DNA of 64,000 nt from Phaeosaccion multiseriatum (lineage: Eukaryota; Protista; Ochrophyta, other classes): assembly GCA_965112735.1 (NCBI GenBank), contig OZ218953.1, positions 4,898,001 through 4,962,000 on the forward strand, given 5' to 3'. The stretch's first letter is position 1, and each line of letters starts with the position of its first letter. Positions 36,331 through 48,611 of the stretch are shown in pieces. The position numbers were made by a program, and so were the translations under genes. A model generated the notes under the pieces. It did no database searches. It had not been told where the DNA came from and saw nothing but the letters and a program-made list of their open reading frames with translations.

Positions 36331-38285
36331 ATGGCCTCCATAGAGGGTGAGCTACACAGTACAAGCCAAACGATCATGCCAGCAGACACAGCTAGCAGCA
36401 CAACAGCGGGGGAAGAGTATGCTGGAGAAGCAGAATTGGGCGGTGCAAGAGCAGCCGAGGCAGCACGGGGAGAGGGAGGCGTAGCAGGAGTCGCAGGCAT
36501 GCCGCCGCGCTTGCCTTCGCCTCGGAGAAAGGGTTCGTTTTCCTCGTCGTCGGCGGCGTGGGCACAGCGCAATGACGCGGAATGCAAGGAGGTGCGAGAG
36601 CGAAGAGGGACCATGACCGAGGACGAGCGGCAGGAGAAGATGCAGGGCGCCGTCAAAACTCTGCTGGAATGCCTTGGGGAGGACCCTTCACGGCCTGGTT
36701 TGAAGGACACACCGAAGAGAATGGCCAAGGCGCTGACCTTCTTCACCAAGGGCTACGAGGAGACGCTGGGCACAGTGGTGGGCGGGGCCGTTTTCGAGGA
36801 GGACCATCACGAGATGATAATGGTCAAGGTGTGTGTGGCTTTGCTGTACGCAATGTGGTCAAGACTCGAGAGGAGAGAGGCGGGGGTGTAGGAGAGGAGG
36901 CGAGTCCGCGGTACAGGCCTTTCTTTGGCTGGGAGAAGGGTGGGCTGGAGGCCCACATCAAGTGAGAGCGCTTCATCAAAGCGTGCCACCACCAGTAGCC
37001 GTCAAGAGCTTGTGCTTGTTTGGCCCAACCTCTGCCGCTTCCTGTGCGAGCTTTGGTACTGTTGTATGCCATGCCCTCTTGTTCCTCACCCCTGTCCTCC
37101 TGTCCTGTTTCTTCTTTTTCCTCTTCCTTCTTGTGTTGATGCAGGACATTGATGTTTATAGCTTGTGTGAGCACCACATGGTGCCCTTCCTCGGCAAGTG
37201 CCACGTTGCCTACATCCCTCGCAGTCGAGTGCTTGGACTCAGCAAGGTTGCCCGAATAGCGGACATGTACTCCAGGCGGCTCCAGGTGCGTAGGCTTCTC
37301 TGGAGACCACACGGCCGTCCTACCTCTCCACCCTGGTGACAACTCTCAAGTCCAGAAGAGTGAGGCCCATTCTCGGCCATTCGCCATGCTAGTTAAGGTG
37401 CTGTTCCGACTAGTCTCCTTTTTTCGCGGCGCGGTGGGCAGCGTACCGTCCCTCATAGTTCCCTCCTTTGCCCTCCGCCGCTCTGTCAATGAGGCAAAGT
37501 GTCGAATTAACGCTCTCCCTCTCTCTCTTTTTTTCGTTCTCCCTCCCCCCCCCTCTCTGTGCATATGTGTGCCTATCTATCTCTATTCCCGAGCAAAGGT
37601 GCAGGAGCGCTTGACGAGGCAGATCGCAGAAGCTCTGCGAGAGGCCATCAACCCGCTGGGCGTGGGCGTGGTCATTGAGTGTTCGCACATGTGCATGGTG
37701 ATGAGGGGGGTGCAGAAGTCGGTGAGTCCAGGCCTGTCCTCCGTCTCTGACCTCTCTCTTTCCGTCTCTCCCTCTCCCTCTCTCTTTTTCCTGCTCTCTC
37801 TGTGTGTGTGTTTGTGGCCTCTGGTTGAGGTATTTCGGGGGGAGGTTGGGGGGGGTCTTTTTCACCTGCCTGACCTCGCTTTTGGGAGCATCTGTGACCA
37901 GAATGCTCTGACTGTGGGGGGGCGAGGACATGGGGTCGAACGCGCATCATACACGGTCCAGCCTCCCCACTTTTTCATGCACTCTAGACAGGACAGGAGA
38001 AAACGAGAGACTTCGAGGGAGAGGGGAGAAGAGAGAGTCCGTACGGAGAGAGAGACGCCCACCGTGAACTGAGGCAGACCAAACTGCTCTCACTCTCTCT
38101 CCCTCTCTCTCTCTCTCTCACTCACTCACTTTCATAGCGTACTTACCAGCCGTGCGTGCCTCCACAACACTCTCGACAACACACAGGGATCCTCCACCAT
38201 CACTTCGTCTGTCAACGGGTGCTTTGAGAAAGACCCCCGTACGAGGGCAGAGTTCTTCAGCCTCGTCAGTCTGGGCAGCAAGTAG
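36331..38285 (+). CDS. GCH1: GTP cyclohydrolase I; 4 exons (~36331-36828, 37145-37285, 37599-37721, ~38188-38285)
   Basis: [74 protein letters not shown]. Confidence 0.95.
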
Positions 38286-38660
38286 AAAGCGCCATCTTTC
38301 TCCTCTGGGCTGGGCCAGACATTGATTAGGGGTCTGATAAACTGAAACTCTGGGCTGGGCTAGGTTGGACTGGTCAGGGACAAGCATTCGCTTTCCTTTC
38401 GACGTCCTCCATCGTCTGAGGGGGATGTACGTATGCTAGTAGGCGTAGACGGAGCGCGTGACCGTCCGATTGGAGCGCTTCATCCGCCACCGCCACCACC
38501 ACCACCCTCATCCTCTGCCCCCCCACCAGGGGGCGGCTATGGGGCCAAGGCTGGGGTCCAGACAGGCGGTGCACATAAAAAACAGATTACAAAAAAAATG
38601 GGTGTTTTATCCGAAGCCTTCTTTCTTGCCACCGCACCACACCGGGCCGACAGATAGACA

Positions 38661-38713
<53 letters not shown>

Positions 38714-39024
38714 CGGGTTGCAGTTGCCTCTGGGAGGCAGAGAGATTGCCGCGGTGCCGTTTCAGTGTCGGCATTGCCCAACAACTTGGGACAGGAGGAA
38801 GAAAACCTTTGCCCTCCTTGCAACGACCCGTGCATGCCATCTGCAAACTCCTCGTGCCAACGCCAGATCCAAGAACATAGAAACTCACTCCCAGTCGCTC
38901 GCTCGCCTCATCCCTCACCGCTTCCCCTTGCAAGCGCACATCTCTTCCCCCAAAAGTGAAGGCGGCCTTCCCTCGCACGGCTCCAAGAACGCCTTCCGAA
39001 GAACAGAAGAGAACCAAAGACTCA

Positions 39025-42000
39025 TCATACCGCCTCAAATCCCTTCTCCGCCTGCGCGGTGAGTGTCACGATGTTGTCATCGATGATCTTCTGCTCGTAA
39101 GGGGACACGTCTCCGTAGTGATGCACCTCTTCCACTCCTCCCTTGCCTAGCGTGACTGGGGTGGCGAAGAAGGGAGCCGAGGTAAGATCGGTCTGGACGA
39201 AGGCACACTCCTTCACACCCTTCACTCCGTTGAGGCCATCAATGACTTTCTCTGTAAAGTGGGCGCCTGCCACCGCCATGGAAAGCGTTGCCGACCCCGC
39301 ACCATCCTACGTAATAGCAAAAGGAGATCAAAATATGGAAGGAGGAGGGTAGGCGGTGAGGCGGCTGCAGCGGCGGTAGAGGAAGAGAGGAACAGGGAGT
39401 GAGTGCTACAGACGCACAACAAGGGGGGCTGAGCAAAAGCAAAGCCCCTGCATATATGTACGTGCCTTCGCTTTGACGACCTCGTCTCCTCCGAATTGAA
39501 TCCTATGCGTGAGAGCATCACGGTCCGCATCGCTGAACTTGGCACCCTTGACCTGAGCAGAGCAGCACACAACAGCAGAGAGATCGGTTCGGTAGAGATG
39601 AAAGCGCTCCAACGGCAACGAATGCTCTTGCCTCCGCACCCTCCCTGCCCCTGAATCCCCGAATCACAATGCTTCCTCATCGGATTTATCGCCGCGACGC
39701 CCCGACGCACACACCACGCCGCATCTCTGCGCACTCATGGCGGGGCCCTTTGGCTGCCAGCTGCGAAACCACGCGTCGTACCTGTGAAAGCAGGGGGATG
39801 ATGGTTGTACCCGCGTGCCCTCCGATGACCGTGACCTGTGCGCGCGCACACACGCACAGAGGGAAGGAGGGGGAGGGAGTGGGATACGACAGGACTTGAG
39901 AAGTATGCCCTTTTGATTTCGGTACTGCCCTGTGAACTATGCCCTTCTGATTCAAGGACGGCCCTGCGAATTATGCCCTTCTGATTTCAGTACTACCATG
40001 GCCTGTTAGTGCAGAGGTGCTGCGACCCCTTCGCGACGATGTAAACAACAGGGCACACCACCCCTCAATTGATTGCACACGGTCTCCCACAACAGCAGGA
40101 TGGCGACAGTGTTGGAGTGAGTCGCCGCTGGCTCCCAGTGGTTGGGTGGCTAGGCCATCCCTCTCATCACCCTACATCCACCCACCTGTACGTCGGCGAC
40201 CTTCGTCCCCTGATTCTCCGCCACAAAGCGCCTCGCCCTGCACACGTCCAGCGTAGTCACTCCCATGAGCTTCTTCTTGTCGTACACCCCTGCCTTCTCA
40301 AGCACCTATTCATATTCAATAAACCACATGTCATCGTAGGTTGTACCGGAAAGAAGTGTTCGGTCAGTCCAGAAGCATGCATGCGAAGCAGACACGGAAT
40401 TGACATGCGGGGCAGAGTGGCCGTAGGTCAGGGCGGGAGTTCAGCGTTCTTGAGAGAAGACTTGGCCACCGGCAACGAGGGAGAAAGTCTTCCACTATAG
40501 GACAAAGCAAATGAAAGGCTTAGTTCACACAGTGCAGTTACAAGAGGATACGCACAAACTCAGACCATAATCATCTTCATCGCACCTTGGACCAGATAGG
40601 CACCGTGCTATTGACGGGGTTGGAGATGATGAGGAAGGCAGCCTTGGGGCAGTACTGGGCGCATGCCTCGGCGATGCCCTTGTTGATGTTAGCGTTGGTG
40701 TTGAACAGGTCGTCTCGGGTCATGCCTAGCAAATGGAAGGGGGCAAGGAGAGGAGAGGAGAGGAGAGCAGGAAGAGAAGAGGCGGGGGGGTGGTGGTTCA
40801 AGTCGCACAACAATGATTAATTAACTTCATCCATTCCGATGTCAACAGACATTAGGAGATCATGCCTAACCAGTCAGTCAGTCACGTACGTACCTGGCTT
40901 ACGGGGTACACCCGCGGGCACAACCACCACATCACAGCCGGTAAGCGCCTCCGACATTTGGTCGGGGCCGTGGCCCGTCACGATGCCTTTGCAGCAGGAC
41001 CGAGATACGAGAGAATCGCGAGGGGAGGGAGGGGGGGAGGGAGGAAGGGAGGGAGGGAGGGAGGCAGGGTAGTCCATTAGTTGCCAGCAGAGGTGTGCGA
41101 GCCAGAGGTGTGCGAGCCAGAGTTGTGCGAGCAACCACTGTCCCACTCATCCAGCACTCTTGTGCGTTTGCTGGCCCTTCCTTCCTCCTCAACACCTCTC
41201 TTCCTCCCTTGCACACACACACACACTCACACATACGATCGACCACCCGCTCTCCACCCGCTCTCCTCCTGCCCCCCATAAGTAGTTCGCGCAGCACGTC
41301 ACCCGCCACCGTTGCCTTGAGCACTCACCGTCGGCAGGGCAGTGCGAGATGTCAGCGGCCACACCAGGAGAGTTGACCATATCATAGAGAGCGAGGTGAT
41401 CCACTTTGCCGGTTGCCTTGAGCAGCATCGACATGGGCTGTCCGATACCGCCGGCCGCACCCACCACACAGACCTGACCGAAAGAGAAAGTCCAGCGAAT
41501 TGAGGCAAGAAAAGCGGAGCAGTATAGAAGTAGGAGAAGGCAGGAATGGTAGGCTAGTTCAGGACTGGCGTTGGGCACTCATGGCAGCATCCCTGTCTCG
41601 TTGCTTGACACCTTCGGAATGCACCGAACTCTTCTTTTCTGTCTTTGGATCCACAAACCACACTATTGCAGAAAGCGGAGCACGTCTACCGATGGGTGTC
41701 TTGAGCAGGCCCACAGGTTAGCAGAGGCGCCCCCCCGGCAAGCTGCTATTACGTTAAGATTCTCCCCCCTCCCACACCCAAAGGCGATGTTCGCTACATT
41801 ATTTTTGTCCACCCCCTCGCCTACGCTCACGGCCATCTCCAGCGCCGCCACCCCTCTCGTCTACAACAGTTCTTCTGCCTGAGTGTGTTTCCTCAGTTGT
41901 GCTGTTCTACTTCCCTCCCTCTCTTCCTTTCTTTCCCCCTCTCCTCTTCTCTTCCCTCCCTCCCCTCCACTCACCTTCATGGCTGTGGGGGCCGTACTCG

Positions 42001-42067
42001 TAAATGCTCTGCTCTGGCGGAGCATCATCATGGGTGCCCTGCGGGCGAGAGGAGTTACGAAGGCCAT
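39025..42067 (-). CDS. MDH2: Mitochondrial NAD-malate dehydrogenase, multi-exon
   Basis: Arg/Ser-rich presequence; [75 protein letters not shown]. Confidence 0.95.
39904..39997. repeat. ~3 x 34-bp degenerate tandem repeat (TATGCCCTT(T/C)TGATT...) in an MDH intron
   Basis: Units at 39904, 39938 and 39972. Confidence 0.8.
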
Positions 42068-42521
42068 TGTGTTTGCAAAGAGCTTCTGTGGAAGAGAGAA
42101 AGTGGGGGGGAGAGGGAGGTGGGGGGCGGTTTCCGAGACGGTGTTTCCGAGGGGTACCACGGAAGGCAGTAGACGGCCCTCTTGAACGCGAGTAGCGACT
42201 TCCTTTTTTCTTATTCATACCCCCCCATTTGGGGAGTGGGGTGGTCTGAGGTGGCTGAAAGAAGGCCAGCGAGGGAGCGGACTTCCTATCACTTTTTTCT
42301 GGGCCTCATCCCATCATCTTCATCATCTGTCGCGAAGCCAGCCTAGAGGCTAATGAAGCCCCAATCAACTGGGCTGAAACCCGTTCAACACTAAAGTAAC
42401 CCCGGATAGCCGATGCCAGCGGTACCATGCTCAAGCAAAAGCGCGTCAGGGGCTGGCGGAACAAGCCCACCACTGGCACCGTGGGCGCAGCGCGGCAAGC
42501 GCGGCCGGCCGGCCGGTACCA

Positions 42522-42600
42522 GCCGGCTGACGCTGGCGATAGTAGCAGATAGCATGCCGGCTGGCGCCGGCGATAGCAAATAGTAGATAGCACGTCAGGG
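42522..42600 (+). mobile_element. Solo copy of the transposon right end (2 subterminal repeats plus ATAGCACGTCAGGG)
   Basis: Matches 2640-2747, and the similarity stops at the same CAGGG. Confidence 0.7.
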
Positions 42601-43030
42601 ATTCCCTCTCACTTGCTTGCTCTGGATTTGCTGCTCATGTAGGATGCGAGGGCCGGGAAAAAGAGAGAGAGAACACTCAGTTATCGACTCTTAATCGCTG
42701 CTACTACTTGTCCGTTCAACGCTCAGGTCTGACGAGATCTGCCCAATAGGCATGCCAGGAGTGCATCGACCCGAAGTGGGCGCCCGGGTGGTGTACCGGG
42801 CTCCGAAGCCCGAAACCGGCCTCTTCGTTCCATTCTGCACAGGACATGCCTGTGCTTATACCTACCTCCTGCCTGCCTCCCTCCCGCAGTCCCTACTACA
42901 TGTATGTAGCTTGATGCGGTATCGTAGTTGTGAAGAAATGTGAAGAAAAATACTGGGCTCTTGAAGCTCGAAAAGGGCTTTCGCCCTACTAGTACTAGTT
43001 GATGACTAAATCCAAGTCAAGGGACAGCCT

Positions 43031-44710
43031 TCACGTGTCAAAACTCCCGCCTCGAGCCAACGGCTGTGCAGCAGAAGAGCCATGGGTAGGACCAGATACA
43101 CGTGAGGAGTGGTAAGAGAAGGCGTCCAGAGATTTCGCCACCTGCATGGAGAAGATACCGCTTCTCCCTTCTCCTGTATCGGCCTCGTCTTCCCCGCTTT
43201 CTTGCTGTGGATGCTCTTCCTTCCACGGCCCTTGTCCGGCCCTTCTTCCACTGGGCGCATCTCCTTGCATCGACGTCCCCTCCCTCGCCTTCTCTCTGCA
43301 ATCAGTACCATCGGCCACACTCAGCTCTTCCCTCTCCTTCTTTCCCCTCGTGGCGGCGGTGTTTGCCCGTCTTTTCATCCCCTCCCTCCCCAGGGTATGC
43401 TGGGAGCTGCAAAACCGAAAGGAGCTAAAGAATTGACTTTCACCACCACTTGCACCCTCTCGGGGGTCCTTGTGACGATGATCATGCCTGATTGGTTCAG
43501 TTTCGCTCTCTTCGCTCTCTTCGCTCTCTTCAGAGCCATGTTCCGTTCTTCGTCTTCCTCTTTCTCGCTCGCCATCTTCACCCAAAGCTGGCCATTCTCT
43601 TCTCTCCGCGGCCAAATCCCAGGGGGCAACACTCTCGCGTGCCCCCTCCGCCTCGCCTCCACCCCCGTCCGCCCCACTGCCATCATCACTGCCATCATCA
43701 CTGCCGCCGTCATCGCCGTCACTACTTCCCGTATCTTCGACGACAAAGCCGTCTCGCTCATATCCGAACAGCGTCTCCTGCTGCATCCTCCTCCTCCTCG
43801 ACTGGCGTGTGCCCTCGTCTTGCTCGTCTTCGACATATTCCTCCTCTTCCTCCTCCTCTTCACCGTCGTCCTCCCCCCTGCTGTCCTCGTCATCTTCTGT
43901 CTCGTGATCAGCGGCACTATTCTCGTCGTCTTCATCATCTCTGTCCTCCCTGTCCTCTTCCACTTGCTGTAGCCTGCGCGCGAGCCGCTCATCCTCAGAG
44001 TCAGGCTCATACGTCTGAAGCAAACAATGAGCAGGGACCAGAGACAAACAAATCTCACATTGATGAGCGACGAAATGCACTTCTCAATATGACTAGGCAT
44101 GAACTGGCCGGCGAAGCCCCCCCCCCCTGCAATCAGAGTGGTACTTACTCTCTCTACTCGTCTGCCATCCCACCTTCCATTTCTCTCTCCACCACAGTGT
44201 GAGGGGCATACGGTAGCGAAAAGAAAGGTGTCTCACCTGCTGCTTGTTCTCGACTGGCACAAGGTCCTCCCCTGAACTTTTCGCGCTCAGCTCCCGCCTC
44301 AAGTAAAAGAACTTCGCCTTACAAAGTGGACAGCGGTTAGTTTGTGCGGCCCACGCCTTGATACAGGCGAAGCAGAACGTGTGGGGACAGGCTAGGAGGC
44401 TGCCCACGCGACTGCCCCTCCTCCTCTTTCTCGTAGTTGCGCTCTGCAGCAGAAGCGAAGCCCTCGTGTTGGAGTCGGGAACACAAAGGCATATAGAGCA
44501 AGGTGTTTGGTCTCTTTGGAGTATCGGGGGATCGGGAGCCCCGGGAGCCCCGGGAGCCTCAGCCCTAGCCGTCCTTCTCCTTTTCCTCCCTTTGAGCAAC
44601 TGCCTGATTCTTCGCAGTTTTTCTTTTTTTCCTCCTCCCCCTGTGCGCGTGGTACTGCTGCTCCTGAAACCTTCTCCTCCGCCGGCAGCAAAGAAGGAGG
44701 ACGAAGACAT
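43031..44710 (-). CDS. RING-finger (C3HC4) protein with an acidic low-complexity C-terminal region; at least 2 exons
   Basis: CSIC...CPHTFCFACIKAWAAQTNRCPLCK; the second exon is D/E-rich. Confidence 0.75.
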
Positions 44711-44840
44711 TGCATGAGTCAGGCCGTGTGGGCCTTTCTCGTCTTCTTCCCTCCAATTCCCTGTCCACAAAGCACCAAACCTAAAAGTAACAAATAATGC
44801 GATGAAGCTGAAGAAGAAAGGAAAAAAGGCAGGAGTGAAA

Positions 44841-46617
44841 ATGGAGAGCAGCAGAGAGAGAGAATGGTTCAATTTCTTCGTTTTCGTCTTCCTCGCGAAG
44901 AGTGTCCCCATGCTGCTTGTGCTGCTCAAGGTTCCTGCCCCGTATGGACGGTGAGAAGATTGCCTCCCCGCTCCTCTCTCCCCCTCTCCCCCCCCCTTCA
45001 CGGCTTAGAGGCTTTCTGCCTCTTCTTTAAAGTTTAGAGGGTGAATTGATGCCCACCTGACTTGTATGTGCCTCCACTCCGCCGTGCCTGCATGTGTCTC
45101 CAGGCATTTCTCCCCCCTTTGTCTGGGTCCTGCAATTCCTGCACGAGTCGGTTGGATTCTCATGGAGGCGCCTAACTTGGTGGTTGCAGCGGCGTGTGTA
45201 TGGACAGGCGATCCGAAATGCTTGGGCTCCCCTCTAAATCTCTTGCTTCTCAGCTTATTCGTGGGGCACTACGTCAACAGGTGAGGGAGGGGTAGAAGAT
45301 ATTTTTTAGGGGGGGGGGGGGGGGCTGAGAACGGAAAAGAAGGGTCGAGGTGAGGTAGATTGCAGGGGGGACGGTGCTGGCAGGCTACCACGCAATAGAG
45401 ACGCGAGAACGGAAGGACGCTGCCAACTTTCTCCAACCGGAGAGATGGTTCACCCTTCCCTACTCACACTCTCTTCACTCTTGTGTCCTCCCCAAACAAT
45501 TCCACACATGAACAACTTGCTGGGCAGGACTCTGATATACCCCTTGCGCATTCGAGGAGGAAAGCCCTTTTCACTGTCTGCGCTCGTGGCTGGAGTACTG
45601 TATACGACGCTGAACGGGTGGATTCAGTCGAGGCCTCTCACCAACTGGGTAGTGTACACGACTAGCACCGATGGTCAGAGGGTCTTCCTGGGGGCTTTTT
45701 TTTTTTTCGGTAAGCCCTACTATTAAAAGAAAGAGGGGGATACTTCAAGCGATGCTTTAAGCAGGGGAGGTGGAAAGAATTGTGATGAAACTTTGTGAGG
45801 GGGGGGGGCTTTGATGAGCGCGGGAAGGACGGTGTGAAAAACCAACTCTTGGCCGTCCTGCTGTCTCGTTCTGCCACACGCATTAGCAGGAGCACTCCTC
45901 AACGCACACTCCGATAACATTCTGCGGAGCTTGAGGAAGACCACCAGTGACCAAGGATACCAGATCCCTCGAGGTGGGTGGTGAACTGTGCACTGCAACC
46001 CTTGTCAAGGATTTGGTGTGGTGAATCTCATCTGGGACGCGAAGAGTCACAGATTAAAAGGCTGCGCAGTTTCAAGCTCTGCAGTCAAAGCGCTGGGACT
46101 GGCTGTCTCTTATCTTTGGACCATCCCCCTGTCCGTTTTCATGTCCTCCCTGCTGGCGCCTTCCTGCCTGCCAACACCCCCTCCCCCCCCTCCCGCTCTG
46201 GTGGTGCTGTTGCGCCACTTTCAGGCGGACCGTTCGAGTACTGCACCGCCGCCAACTACTTTGGAGAGCTCGTGGAGTGGCTAGGGTAAGCGTAGAAGCT
46301 TCCACCTTGACCCACGTGCACATTGAAGGAAGGAGGCGCTACCACTGTACTGGCTTGCTTGAGTAGTTCCCTTGGATTCTTGTTGTGAGCTTCGTTGCGC
46401 TTGACTCAATGCCGCTAGTCCTCTCCTCCTTTTCATGCTTGCCTTGTTCGGTCACAGCTTTGCCGTCGCCTGCTGGTCGTGGGGATCGCTGGCCTTCGCC
46501 CTGAGCACTTTCTGCAACCTGTACCCAAGAGCGAGGCACAACCACCAGTTCATGCGAGAGAAATTCAAAGACGAGTATCCCACCTCCCGCTCGGCATTCG
46601 TCCCCTTCCTCCTGTGA
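44841..46617 (+). CDS. Steroid 5-alpha-reductase (DET2/SRD5A family), 6 exons
   Basis: PAPYGR, GWILMEAP, HYVNRTLIYP, NAHSDNILRSLR, YQIPRGG, ANYFGELVEWLGFA, NLYPRARHNHQF, YPTSRSAFVPF. Confidence 0.92.
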
Positions 46618-47338
46618 AAGGTCAGTCAGACGTAATGTGAGGGGGGGGCGGTGCCGACACTGTGGCACCGAAGTTGACACATTTGCTCGACAAAATGATG
46701 ACCGACCGACTGACTGACTGACAGACTGATTGGCTGACTGCTTTCCCTCACACATACATTGCCCTGTTTTCCGTGTCATGGTCCCTCCCCGCCATGCCCC
46801 CACAGAACGGGACTTTCCCTTCCCAAGAGAGTCTCCAAAGAGGGCTGGACTGGGCCTCTCTTCTGTCTCGCCATGCTGAAAAGCGCCTCTCGCCTCTTCT
46901 GTCTGCGAGCTGCCCAGAGCTCTACTTGCACGCCGCTGCTGTCCTGCCGAGGCTAGAGTTGTACCAGCGAGCCGAGGCTACGCTTGTACTACGACGTACG
47001 TGGGCACCAGGAGAGGGACACACGTTTGCACACACGTTTGCACGACACACATGGGGCTTGAGCCGCAACTCGTCTTGGTCACAACCACCCAGCGGGCAGG
47101 ACAGGGCGGGTGAGGGGCGGGTGAGGGGCGGGTGCTCGCAGCGGAGGGGGGACTCGCACTCCGACAGGTCATTCTTGCTGGCGACGGAGGCCGTACTCCA
47201 AAGGCGACAAGGGCAGAGCAGGAGCTGTGCAGCCAATCTCCGCGCAAGGCAGGGCTGTAAAGCCAGGGGCTGCCTGCGTCCAGAAGCGAGAAGCCTGCAA
47301 GAGGGAGACGCGGCGTTCAGCCAGAAGATGAAAGAGAG

Positions 47339-47403
47339 ATGCTATTTGTCTGCTATAGCCGGCCTCAGCCGGTGTGCCATCAGCTATTTGCCGAGTGCCA
47401 GGC
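47339..47403 (-). repeat. Degenerate inverted copy of the 31-bp subterminal repeat
   Basis: Reverse complement reads GCCTGGCACTCGGCAAATAGCTGATGGCAC ACCGGCTGAGGCCGGCTATAGCAGACAAATAGCAT. Confidence 0.55.
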
Positions 47404-48246
47404 AGTCGCACCCTGCTTCTCTCGACCCCTTCCTTCCCTTCTCTTGCAAGGAGTGTATCGCCGTCTGGAGGCGAAAGGAATGGGTATTGGGGCCGAATAT
47501 GGGTGGTGTCGGGACCGAGATGCGACCCCACAGCAGACTACCCAGGAAGCGCAATCTCAAGGGGGAAGGGAGGGCCTATTCCAGAGGGCCAGTTCGCCAG
47601 CAAGATGTGTGATGGGCTTCGCACTGGGCCAGCCTACCAGCACGTTGTATCGCCTGATGCTGTGCTGTCAGGGGAATATAGGCCCCGGAGCAAGATACGT
47701 GCCCCCATATGAGTGATATATATCGGCCCGACTTGCATGTATCGGTCGGCTTCATTTTGTTGGGTAGAGGCGATCGGCGCGTGGGTAGTTGCATGTGTGC
47801 GTAAATGCGCGGCTGGCGTAGTGGGGAGAGAGGGAGGGATTGCTGCTTTGCTGCAGCGTTGGCAGAGGTGGTGCGAGGGTAGCGGAGAGAGGAGGGAGGG
47901 GAGAATGAAGGGAAAGATGGTGGGAGGGAGGAGTGAGTGAGGGAGAGGAAGGAGGGAAGGGACAGCTGGCAGCTATGAGCCATTGACGCATGCCATTATT
48001 TTGATTATTTGTCCCGAATAGCAGAGCCCGGAAGGTGCGGCTAGTTTGGCCAGCTCTTTTTTTACCCCGCACCCACACTGAAATTCGCATTAACTCTCCC
48101 GCCCGAAGCCGCCACCACCCCCCCATAATAATCCCCCCTCCCCCCACTCGGCCACCTGTAGGCTCCTTCTCACCGCCCAAAAGAGGATGCTGCGGTACGA
48201 GTCCTCCTCGCTGCGGGGAGGCGAGATCTAAGGACACAGGGCCGAG

Positions 48247-48486
48247 ATGGCGGGAGTGCGAGAAGAAGGGGAACAGGCTCGGCCGGAGGAGGAGGCGCCA
48301 CAGCAGCCGCAGAAGGAGGAGGAGGAGGAGCAAGACACACGCAGCGGCGGCAGTGGCAACGGGGCGAGGGGCTACCCCGCAGGCGGCATGACACCAGCAG
48401 CACCCACGGTGAGCTCTCATCGCGGGAGAGATAATATGGACCCCAGCCAGCTCTATAGACATATGCACCCGTATCATCATCAGCAC

Positions 48487-48530
<44 letters not shown>

Positions 48531-48568
48531 GCAGCAGCAGCAGCAGCACCATAAGCAGCAGCAGCAGC

Positions 48569-48611
<43 letters not shown>

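Noticed and set aside
39904-39997. 34-bp periodic repeat as a mini-CRISPR
   Set aside because: The whole unit is repeated with degeneracy, the variable part is too short and self-similar to be a spacer, and it is intronic.
45781-45860. GTGATGA/TGATGA boxes in a 5-alpha-reductase intron as a second C/D snoRNA
   Set aside because: No downstream CTGA D box or terminal stem within the intron.
25366-46617. Sterol gene cluster (Patched-like plus 5-alpha-reductase)
   Set aside because: The two genes are ~12 kb apart and separated by unrelated housekeeping genes; chance proximity is sufficient.
46773-47612. 279-aa intergenic ORF
   Set aside because: No recognisable domain, and it overlaps repeat remnants; likely spurious in GC-rich DNA.
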